A DNA stretch of 64,000 nt from Marsupella aquatica. Lineage: Eukaryota > Plantae > Marchantiophyta. How positions within the stretch are numbered: the stretch's first letter is position 1; every line of letters starts with the position of its first letter. The stretch lies in contig OZ316897.1 in the NCBI GenBank assembly GCA_973895155.1, forward strand, positions 17,580,457 through 17,644,456. Reading direction: 5' to 3'. A program made the translations under genes and the position numbers. The notes under the pieces are model-generated. The model saw only the letters and a list, made by a program, of their open reading frames with translations. It had not been told where the DNA came from and did no database searches. This document shows positions 1 through 10,563 of the stretch, piece after piece.

Positions 1-497
1 AATATGAATGACAAGTTTACTAGGGACAGTGACTGGGGATTACCTAAGAATAAGCTGGCACGGGTATTGATCCGAACTTAATTATAAGGCCTCTCTGAAG
101 CCAGGCAGGGCAATAAGAGAAATTATTGTGCGAATGATTGTACACGGACATGCTGGGGTTAAAGGCTCTCACATTAATTGGTATCGATACGAACACGTAC
201 TGAAGGTCCCAAGCAGTATGCATGTAGCTTAAACTACAGACAATAAAAGATCATTAGAGCTTGTTTGGAGGCCTCAGGAGAATTGGGACCAGCTTAAAGC
301 CATAAGCTATATTGAGTCTTCAAGTGATGACCAGAAGTGAGGTGGTCTAATGCCAGTGCCTACGTTTATTAAATGTCTTACTTCCGGGCAATTAATGATT
401 GTCTATTTTGAGGGTAATCTTCCAAAATCACGAGTTTGAAATTGGCAAATAGTCTCCTTTGGATTCTGTGCATACACAGACCAAAGGAGTTGGGAAG

Positions 498-525
498 GTA
501 GTAGTAGTAGTAGTAGTAGTAGTAG
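498..525. repeat. (GTA)9 microsatellite
   Basis: gtagtagtag... read directly from the sequence. Confidence 0.95.
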
Positions 526-1322
526 GAATCTGAATGCATGGCTCTCACAGGAAGCACATAGCTCGCATGTGATAGAAGGATTCACAAGATGAACAAACTC
601 CAAAGGATCAAGTTGCTGCAGCCTCTCTGGAACCTCACTTCAATCCCTGAAAAGGCCGAGCGGGAGTGCCGGGGCGCCTACCCCTCTCGCCTGGGGTGAC
701 AGAGGCATTAATAAGGGCCCTGCTCCCTCATGGTGGGGAGGTTGTCGGCCTTGGCTGACCCTTCGCCTTCCTGGGAGGAGTGGCCGTGCAGGCGGCCGGC
801 CCTCATCCCCTTGTCTTTATTTTCTCAGTGGGCGTTCTGGCTGAAGTACTGTGGGCAGTGCCTGGCCAACTGGCTTGGGAGGTGGTTGATGTTAGAGCCC
901 TCTGGTTGGTCCGTTCTCCGGGGTGTGCAGTGCCAGTTGGGTGTGCCAGGGGCTCGCACTAGCTGCCCAAGGCTACGCTGTACTTGGTGGTCATCCTCGG
1001 GGGGAGGGGGGGGGGGGGTTTGGTGCTGCAACCCTGCGGACTCCTCCTTCTATCCGTCGTTGGTGGGGGTCGCCCTCAGGCCCCGGCCAGGGTCCTTGGT
1101 GGGACTGCGTGCCTGGGAGTTGGCGGTATGCTTGGGCTTTGGGTAACCTGTCATTTTTGTGGGGCCTCCTGCCCGGCTTTTGCCGGCCCAGTTCCAGGGT
1201 GGTTTTTATTGGCGGTCTTCGTCGGCCTGCTGCACTGGGAGTGCTTCGCAGGTCTGGTGTTTCATCCGATTACAGGTTCTTCACATTTGGCATTCTTCTT
1301 TCTTTGTGCTTTTTTTGTTTGT

Positions 1323-1436
1323 TGTGATAATATGAATGTCAATAATTGTGTATAGAGTCTTGAATGGTGTGTACATATAGTTGTGCCGGGTGACCGATTG
1401 GTCCGGTCAACGGGTAAAGTCAGGAAGAGTCTAACA
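1323..1436 (-). repeat. 3' LTR of the Bianca-like element (114 bp)
   Basis: Direct repeat of 6174-6287; abuts the PPT at 1437-1445. Confidence 0.92.
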
Positions 1437-1738
1437 CCCCCTCTTGGATATATAGTGACTACTATGTAGACAACATAGACTATACCTATCATATCATGTT
1501 CATAGGAAATACATGGTATGAGTACAAGCGAGGTAGACTGCCTCGTTAAAAAACCTTTATCAACTCTAGCTATGTAAAAACTCTACCAGTGTAGTAGAGA
1601 AAAAGTATGAGTGCTAAAGGAAAAAGAGTGCAGCCTAACAGTCCTCGTCGTAATAAATGTCAATACTATATGAAGTTAGATGCTATAGTAAATCTAGCTT
1701 CAGGATCTGTCTTGAGAGTAAGTCGTCAGTAGTATCAA

Positions 1739-4640
1739 TCACGGTGTAGCAGCAGCCTCCACAGTCATCATGCGTCGCATGCTCCGCAGTCCAATCGCCT
1801 GGCAGTGTCGGTGATGAACGGCTGGCGATAGTGATTTGGTAAAGAGATCCGCACAGTTGTCTGCACTTGAAATCTGCAAAATGTTGATCTCTGTTCCATG
1901 TAACTCATGGGTGTAGAAAAACTTTGGGCTATGTGCTTCACTCGATCGCCTTTGATGAATCCTTTCGTGATCTGCTGTATACATGCTGTGTTATCCTCAA
2001 AGAGATTAGTAGGCTTTGTTAGTGTTGGTAGACCACATTTAGTATTGATGTGGTTTATAAAGGATCGTAACCAAACGGCTTCACGACTAGCCTCATGTAA
2101 AGTTAAAATCTCTGAGTGATTCGATGAGGTTGCTGTTAGGGTTTCTTTCACGCTTTTCCAAGAAAAAGCGGTACCCCCTATAGTAAAAACATATCCGGTT
2201 TGGGATTTTGCGGTGTCAGTGTCAGAAAGATATCCGGCATCCGCATATCCTGTGAGTTTGTGGTTTGCACTGAATGGGTAAAATAACCCGGTATCAGTGG
2301 TGCCACGCAGGTACCTAAATATGTGTTTAACTCCATTCCAGTGTTTGGCTGTGGGAGTTGCACTGTGCCTAGCTAGTAAGTTAACTGCAAATGCAATGTC
2401 TGGTCGGGTCTGATTTGCTAGGTACATTAATGCTCATATCGCGGAAAGATATGAAGTTTCCGGTCCTAATATTGGTTAATGTTCTTCGCGCTTGCGGAAA
2501 ACATCAGTATTGTTTTCTAATGAACGTACCACCATTGGTGACGTCAATGGGTGTGCTAGGTTCATATTGAACTATTTTAGGATTTTTTCAGTTTGTGTTG
2601 TCTGATGGAGCATTATGCCAGTGGGTAGGATCTCTAGTTGTAAAACCTAAACAAAAGTTTGTATGGCCAAGGTCTTTCATCTCAAATGTTGTTTTGAGAT
2701 GAGTAATAATATCTTATGTAATTTGGGGTGTCCCAAATATGTTTAAGTCATCAACATAAATATAAACGATGACAAATTCGTCATCCACATGTTTAATAAA
2801 TAAACATGGAGTAATTACATCATGAGAAAAACCCATGGCAATAATTTCATCAGTGAATCTTTGATACCATACTCTGCCACTTTGTTTCAGGCCATATAAT
2901 GCCTTCAACACGCGGATAGCTAGTCCACGGCGAGTATGTCGTACGGCTGACACAGGAGTGTCATTGTGATGAGTTATATGTGTAGATGACACATGAGATG
3001 TACCTTGAGATAATTGTTTTATAATCTGATGTAAATATAGAATATGCGATGTAGCGCCTTGAGCTAAAGCTCGGCGTTGTTGCTCCAACTCGGGAGGTGA
3101 TCGCATGTATAGACAAGTGTCTAATGTTCCATATAGATATGCGATTGCGACATCCAGTTGTCGCATCTTAAGCTTATGGAAAATGACAAATCCGATAAGG
3201 TATCGGAATGTTGTGCTATCCATAACCGGTGAGTAAGTTTCATCGTAATGAATTCCCGGTTGTTGGGTAAATCCTTTCCCTGCCAGACGTGCTTTGTAGC
3301 ATACAACCTGGCCTTTATCATTTCTTTTGCGGACGAAGGTCCACTTGTAGCCAATGAGGTGTACGTCTTCGGTGTTGGCTCAACTGGGCCAAAAGTGTGT
3401 CTGCTTAGTAGGGAATCTAATTCTCCATTGATAGCTTTTTGCCATTCAGGCCAATCTGGTCTGTTTTGGCATTCTAAGATGAATATTGGTTTGGGTGTAT
3501 CATCATTGATATGTGTTGCCACCATTAATGCAAAAGCATCATCTATTGAAGTAGTATTTCTATCCCACATCGCACCGATGTGTGCATAGTGGATAGAGAT
3601 CTCTTCATGAGTTGTAGATTCGGTATGATCGACATCAGGTGAAGGGGATATAGATGAACCACACCTTCTTGGTTGTTTATCTTTTGATCCCAAGGGTCTA
3701 CCACGTTTGGCACGAGGCTGGGATGTACTTGCTGGCTCACTTGATAATTCGATGCGAGCAGATGCTCTCGCAGCTGGAATATGTGAGCGGGTAACTTGTG
3801 ATGTATCGACAAAAGCGTCGGGAAGTTCTTCCACAATCTTGTGGAGTTGCAAAATTCGTTGAACTTCTTTCTCCCCCTGATTGGTTATAAGGTCTTGCCA
3901 AAATGACGAATATCTCTCCCACTCCAAAGGTGGTTGTGGGTGTTCAAGGGTTATTAATGGTGGATAAACATGTTCATTAAAATGACAATCTAAAAATCTG
4001 ACTTTAAAAACGTCGCCCGTTGTAGGCTTCATATATCTGATGATAGACGGTGAGTCAAATCCAATATATATCTCCAACTGTCTTTGGGGTCCCATCTTGG
4101 TTCGTTTGGGTGGAGTAATTATGGGGACCATTATTTGACATCCAAATGAACAAAGATGGGATAGATCGGGTTTGATACCGTTAGCAATTTGGTATGGGCT
4201 ATAGGTATTAAAAGCTGATGGGCGGTATTGAATTAATGCATTAGCCTGTAATATGGCGTGTCCCCATGCTGAGACGGGGAGTTTCAACTGCATTAGTAGT
4301 GGGCGTGCAATTAGTTGAAGGCATTTAATGATAGCTTCAGCTAATCCATTCTAAAAATGCACGTGGGGTACAGGATATTGTACGTCAATGCCAAGTGATG
4401 TACAAAAGTCGTCAAATGTTTCAGATGTGAATTCTCCTACATTGTCCACCCTTAGTGTCTTAATGAGGTGATATGGAAATTGTGCCTTCACGCGCAAGAT
4501 TTGCGCCAAGATGCGAGGCATAACCATGTTCCTCGTTGAAAGCAGGGTCACATTTGACCATTTGGTTGATGCATCGATCAGTACCATAAAGTAGCAGAAT
4601 GGTCCGCTCGATGGGTTAATTGGCCCGCAAACATCTGCAT
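1739..4640 (-). pseudogene. Copia pol (integrase-RT-RNase H), frameshifted and with stops
   Basis: ORF pieces 4351-4587 and 3121-4293 (integrase), 2714-3223 (RT: LYGLKQSGR, YVDD), 1768-2427 and 1739-1984 (RT/RNase H: GYADAGY, SSNHSEI, EDN, ADLFTK). Confidence 0.92.
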
Positions 4641-4877
4641 ATATTGTCTTTGCAAGAACCTATGGATATGGCGTCTAAGAAATACTAGGGCCTTGGATTC
4701 ATTGGCTTTGGTTAACGGGTCTAGTTGGGGTTCGCCAGCTAGTATGGGTTGAGCGATCCCTATAGCGGGGAGTAGGGTTAAGGAGGTCAGGTTCTCCTTT
4801 AGGTTCATGGGCCACTCGAGGTAATTGTTACCATCGATTTCTAAAGCTGGGAAAGTCAATTTCTCCAGGTTGGCCAT
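4640..4877 (-). pseudogene. Truncated Copia gag N-terminus
   Basis: MANLEKLTFPALEIDGNNYLEW...FLRRHI resembles the Bianca gag start; joined directly to integrase DNA. Confidence 0.8.
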
Positions 4878-6157
4878 CGAGGTGGTGACTAGGTTCCTTT
4901 TAATGGTGACTGGGGCTTATGTTCTAGTAAGTATAGTAAAAATTGACAAAGCATATTTATGCGGCATGCAAAGTGGGACTGGGTGCAGAGAGCATGCAAA
5001 TCTGGAATTCAATTTTAGAGTTTGCACTTAGGATTTAGGTTTTCCTTGTTATTTGGTTAACTGCAAAGTTTCCTTTGTATTTGCTCTTTCCTTTGTTAAA
5101 TTGTGCAGTAATGGAGTTTTGCAGTTTGTGCAGTTATGGGGGATAATTTACTCGTGCCCTGGTTAAGTGCACATGCGGCTTTGTAAAGTTAAGATTTCTT
5201 TGTTACGTGTGTAGTTATGGAGGTTTTGCGGTTATATGCGCTTATTTGGTTAAGTGCAATGTTTCCTTTGTAAGCGAGATTTATTTGACGGATTGTGCGC
5301 TTAGGGATTTTGCACTTAAATGTGCGTTTATGGTTAAGTGCAACTTTTCCTTTGTATCTGAAATCTCTTTGACGGATTTTGCAATTAAAGAGGGTTATGC
5401 ACTTAGCAGTGGTTTTTTGACGTTCCCTCAACGTTTTTTGATTGAATGTTGTGAGATTTGTCTAGTGGCGGTTGCGCCCCTTGTGTTCTCTTCCGACCTT
5501 GCTTTGGTTCTTCAGGTTCTCTTATGGAGATTCTCCTCTTTCTCTTCTATCTCTTCTCTTCCGTTTCTATACTTATGCTTGTAGCCTTTGTTTATCAGAG
5601 GGCTCCTTCTATTTCTTCAGTTCTGTCTTATTCTTGAATCCTCTATAATTGCTTCTTGATGCCTTTGATCCTTCTGTATCGTCTTACTCAGTGCAGTGAA
5701 GTGGGTGTTTCTAAGGGCATTTCTTAAGCTTCGATTTCGTGTAGCGCCTTTGGTCAGCCTTATCCTTCGATCCTTTATGATTTGCAATCTGCTGCTCTTA
5801 TCCAATCAATCGACACCTCTTCGCCTTCCATCCTTATTCTCTTCCTCTCGAGTTCTTCTTGTTTCCTATGGGATTTTCGAATGTGTCCCTATTTTTCTTA
5901 TTCAGACTCCCTGCGTTTTGTCTAAGTATCTTTTCTCCTCTTTCGTTTATGGCAATTTTGATCTCTTCACTCTCGAATTTCTTTCGGATTCCTGCTGTGT
6001 CCTTTGATCTCTCTCGGAGATTCAATGGATTCAGATTTGATTGCACTTTTCAAGGCGTTTTTCCTCTCTTCTATTAGATTCTTCACCATTCGCCACTTAA
6101 AATTGCTCAATCTTTCATAGTTTTCTTTTCTTTCTCCTTTTGCTCCGGTGGTTGAGC

Positions 6158-6173
6158 TCTCGTGCTCATAACG
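6158..6173 (-). promoter_or_regulatory. Primer-binding site complementary to a tRNA anticodon arm (half-tRNA-Ile-like)
   Basis: Minus strand reads LTR end ...TATCACA then CGTTATGAGCACGAG; no TGG (anti-CCA) start. Confidence 0.7.
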
Positions 6174-6287
6174 TGTGATAATGTGAATGTCAATAACTGT
6201 GTATAGAGTCTTGAATGGTGTGTACATATAGTTGTGCCGGGTGACCGATTGGTCCGGTCAACGGGTAAAGTCAGGTAGAGTCTAACA
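6174..6287 (-). repeat. 5' LTR of the Bianca-like element (114 bp)
   Basis: Direct repeat of 1323-1436; flanked by the TSD and the PBS. Confidence 0.92.
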
Positions 6288-6649
6288 TTTGTCTCATTGT
6301 CCTTATTTTTGTCCTTTCTTTGTCTTGGCCATGCTTCTTGGATGGAGTGTTCCAGTTTGGGCGGCCTTGCGCCCGCTTGTTTCCCCTCCTCCTCCCCATC
6401 ATCCCCAGACACTCTCACCCCAGTTGTGTCCCAGATTAACAATGAAAGCCAATCTAGAGGGTAATTAATGCTAATCCATATTGATTACCCTGTCCGTGCT
6501 GCCTCTGCCGGCTTGTGCTGGATCTAATTTAAGGTTAAATACCTGGCACAAATGCTTATTGACACTAATTGGGGAAAGGCTTACTTGTAGCACAAGTCAG
6601 TTAGGGAGTGGGAGGTGCTGAGTTTGAAAACTGCGTTCAACAAGAATGC

Positions 6650-6808
6650 TTTTTAACATTCACCCCACCCAAAAAGTGGGATCATTCATGCTAAGTAACA
6701 TTCCAGAAAATTGTGAAGGGGCGGGCATCTTTTTAACATTCACCCCACCCGAAAAGTGGGGATCATTCATGCTAAGTAACATTCCAAAAAATTGTGAAGG
6801 GGCGGGCA
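6650..6808. repeat. ~80-bp tandem duplication
   Basis: tttttaacattcaccccaccc...gtgaaggggcgggca occurs twice. Confidence 0.9.
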
Positions 6809-7185
6809 GGAGGCGCGGGCAGGTGTACTTGAGGCTCTTAATGAGCCTTGAGATTGCCTTTGAGATTGCCTTTGGTCGTGAATTGCCCAAGGGAGGATGT
6901 TGACGCCTTGATGGAGCCTCTCCCTAATGACCCCTGCCCTCTACCTGTTCCAGACCTTCCTTCAAGTCTTCCTTGTGTTCCCCCACAGTTCCCCCCCCAC
7001 TTGAGGGTCCCAGGTCCCTTACACGTCCCATTGTCTGACCCGTCTTTCCTTTGAGCCCCCCAGTTGCCCTCTGGTACAATATGTGATTCACCAAAACTGC
7101 TGAATGCTAATATATACTAGTGTCCCGAATGTTAAAATTTGTTGGAGTATTTACAGTAAAGTAAAACGCTTATATTATTGAGAAA

Positions 7186-7450
7186 TGCACTCAACATGCT
7201 TTTTTACCGTAGAGCCAAGTAAACAACAGCACACATGGCATACTATTCGATTGTCATTTGTTCACCTACTGCATGCACTCAACACATTTTTTTACCGTAG
7301 AGCCAAGTAAACAACAGCACACATGGCATACTATTCGATTGTCATTTGTTCACCTACTGCATGCACTCAACACATTTTTTTACCGTAGAGCCAAGTAAAC
7401 AACAGCGCACATGGCATACTATTCGATTGTCATTTGTTCACCTACTGTAT
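7186..7450. repeat. 88-bp unit triplicated inside the 3' LTR
   Basis: accgtagagccaagtaaac at 7206, 7294 and 7382; only one copy in the other LTR (~12480). Confidence 0.9.
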
Positions 7451-9227
7451 CCCCGATATATGGATGCATGCAACATGATTTAGTGGATGTACATTAAATC
7501 TAACCTACATGTATCTACTCTTCCATGTAGGTTATCAACTCTATTGCGATGCAGCGCCTATTATGGCTCGGCACGGTTCTAAATAAACCGCTATGCTAAA
7601 TAGACAACACATAGTCTAATCAGATATTATTCTGACCGGGACACATTTACATGATTATAGTGGCAGATCAGATCAACATAAGTCTGCATGCTGTGTAGCA
7701 ATACAAGCACAGCCTCCTTGGTAGCAATACAAGCAGACACATATTCTGCTTCAGTTGTTGAAGTTGCAAAGCAACCTTGCTTGGTACTCATATAAGCAAT
7801 TGAATCACCATTTAGCATGAAAACAAATCCACTCCTAGATTTCTAGTGTCAATGTCGGCAGCGTAGTCCACTTCACAAAAACATGTCAGAATGTTTCGGG
7901 AAAAAATTCTCTCCCCTCCGAAACATATCCCATGGTTGGCAGTTCTCTTAAGATATTTAAAGATACTGCCTCCCAATGCTCTACATAAGGATTAGAGCAA
8001 AAATGAGCAGCATTGCTGATGGCATAAGCAATATCAGGTCGAGTACAAATCATTGCAAACATTAACGACCCTACTGCTTTGTGATATGGTACTTGGCCTT
8101 GTACTTGGCTTAACATCCTTGTACTTGGCTTAACATTGGGATCGCAAGGAGTAGACATAGGGTGTGCATATTCCTGTCCAAACCTCTTCACAATCTCAAA
8201 GATATCTATAGACTGATGTAACAAAATGGTATTTGCTACTCTATCTTGGATGATCTGATATCCCACATAATAATCAGCCTCCCTATAAGTAACATTGAGA
8301 TGCTGCTGAAGATAGGATATCATGGCTCGGAGATGCTTGTGATCAATAGTGTAAGCGAGTCCATCATCCACAAAGATATTAACAATGAGCATAGGCTCTT
8401 GGTGTCGTACGTACACACAAGAATTAGCTGTACGATAGGGATCAAATCAAACAGTTTCAAAAATTTGTCAAATTTCTGATTCCAAGTTCTAGAGGATTGC
8501 GCGCTTCAATCCATGAGATCTCTTCAATTAACATACCACATTTTTCTTTCCCTCCTTCACTTATCCTGTTGGTTGCTCCATGTAGATGGTCTCAAGTAGT
8601 TTTCCATTCAAAAATGCTGTCTTGATGTCAAATTGAATTATCTCCATATTTTTCTCAGCAGCTATTGCAAAAATAGTTCTTATTGAATCAAATTTTACAA
8701 CAGGTGAGAAAGTCTCATCATAATCACTACCGGCCACTTGAGAGTAGCCTTTAACAACTAGACGTCGAGCTTTGTACCAATCAATTTCTCCATTGGTTTG
8801 AGCTTTGTTTTGTATACCCACTTACATTTGATTGCCTTGCGGACTGGAGACAACACACATAGCTCCCATGTGTTGTTTTGGATGAGAGCATCGATCTCTT
8901 CATTCACAGCATCTTTCTAGTGAGGCAACTTCCATGCATCGGAGAACTGAACAAGATCAGACTGTAAACCAGTAGAAACTTCAAGTGCCTCACTTAACCA
9001 TGCCTGAGACTTCTTGCTTGTGAACTCCACTTTGTCAAATCTCTTTGGTGGGATACTTTGATCAGCAGATCTCAAAACCCGATTAGATGTACCTGCATGT
9101 GATAATCCAACTTCATTCTGGTCTACTTGCTCGCAAGCTCTCATGGGGCTACGTGAACCCTGATCTGAGCTGTACCTGAACCCCAATCTGAACTGTGCTG
9201 CACATTGCTTGGGCTCCCAGTGCTCGT

Positions 9228-9500
9228 CTCGGGGGGGTCACTTCCACAAATGTTGACATCATGTGCGAACGAAGTAAGGGGCGTTTTATTCATTTTAGGG
9301 AAGTACTTAGAAGTAGCGAGGAAGTAAGTAAGGGGGTAACAATTCAAAAAGTGCCACTTGTCATCACATGATTCATTGCTTGCCACGTGTCAATAAATGA
9401 TTGATGGGTTTTTTGAGCTTCCTATTCCTTTTTGAGAGAGTGATTAAATAGGGGCGTTCGCACATGGTATACAACAATTTCATAAGGTGAACCCCCCGAG
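9228..9500. mobile_element. MITE (family A, divergent member), 8-bp TSD
   Basis: TIR CTCGGGGGGGTCAC / GTGAACCCCCCGAG; perfect TSD GTGCTCGT on both sides. Confidence 0.88.
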
Positions 9501-9960
9501 GTGCTCGTACAACCTCCAAACTCCCATCTTCATGGGAAAGACTCTCTTGATCAACGCTAGATAGAATAGAGGTTGGACTTGACAAATTCTCATCCAACTC
9601 TATTACTAGATGGCGTGTTTGGTGATTAGGCAGGACTTCATGAAATATTACTTCACAACTTTCTTTGATCCTATCTTAGATAGAATCCCATAATAGATAG
9701 GTTGAAGAATTTTCACAATGCCCAACAAATACTATCTTACAAACTCTTCTAGTCAAGTTTCTTCTTGAACTGCTGGGGTACAAGAGTGTAGGCCTCACAT
9801 CCAAACATTCTGAAATGTGAGATAGAAGGTTTTTTTCCCTGGTCAAGCTTCATAGCTTGTATTTTCCTGGAGACTCCTAGTGCATAGACGGTTCAGTGTG
9901 TGTATAGCAACGTGAATTGCTTTTGCCCATAATCAAATAGGAATTCCAAATGCATGCAAC

Positions 9961-10563
9961 CTTGGGGGTTTCACTTTCACAAAATGATGTATCACGTGCG
10001 ACGAAGGATATGATCATTTTATTGGTTCTAACGGAAAACTTAAATTTTTTTGTAGAAGAACAAAAGGGTCTTTTAAATTCAACTTTGAGACTTATAAGAA
10101 CATTAACTCTCGGGGGTTTCACTTCCACAAAAATGGCATATCACGTGCGACGAAGGATAGGGTCATTTTATTGGTTCTAAGGGAAGACTTAAGAATTTTT
10201 GTAGAAGAACAATAGGGACTTTTAAATTCAATTTTGAGACTTATAAGAACATTAGGGTCTTTTTAATCCAATTTTTAGAATATTCCAAGAATATTCCAAC
10301 TTTATAGGGGTTAAAAAATAAATTTTTTTTCTTACATTTTAGGGGGTCCGAGGCCTAAAAACGTCGCAGGCGATGGGGAGGTCCCCATATAGTGAGACCC
10401 CCGAGCATTAACTGTGTCTTTTTAATCCAATTTTTGGAATACTCCAAGAATATTCCAAATTTATAGGGGTTACAAAATATTATTTTTTCTTACATTTTAG
10501 GGGTTCCAAGGCCTAAAAACATTGCAGGTGATGGGGAGGTCCCCATATAGTGAGATCCCCGAG
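9961..10563. mobile_element. MITE family A, outer copy interrupted by a same-family copy
   Basis: TIR CTTGGGGGTTTCACT / AGTGAGATCCCCGAG; TSD CATGCAAC / CATACAAC. Confidence 0.85.
10109..10405. mobile_element. MITE family A, nested copy (297 bp)
   Basis: TIR CTCGGGGGTTTCACT / AGTGAGACCCCCGAG; perfect TSD CATTAACT. Confidence 0.9.

Larger units (their letters stand above)
1323..6287 (-). mobile_element. Ty1/Copia LTR retrotransposon, Bianca-like, internally deleted and decayed
   Basis: Two 114-bp TG...CA LTRs (1323-1436, 6174-6287) with 3 mismatches. 5-bp TSD TTTGT (1318-1322 / 6288-6292). PPT AAGAGGGGG next to the 3' LTR. PBS CGTTATGAGCACG next to the 5' LTR. Gag N-terminus MANLEKLTFPALEIDGNNYLEW, integrase MVLIDASTKWS, RT YVDD, RNase H ADLFTK. 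Confidence 0.93.

Noticed and set aside
660-1320. GC-rich overlapping ORFs, possible LINE 3' end continuing after 6293
   Set aside because: No RT or endonuclease motif and no clear poly-A or TSD; cannot be supported
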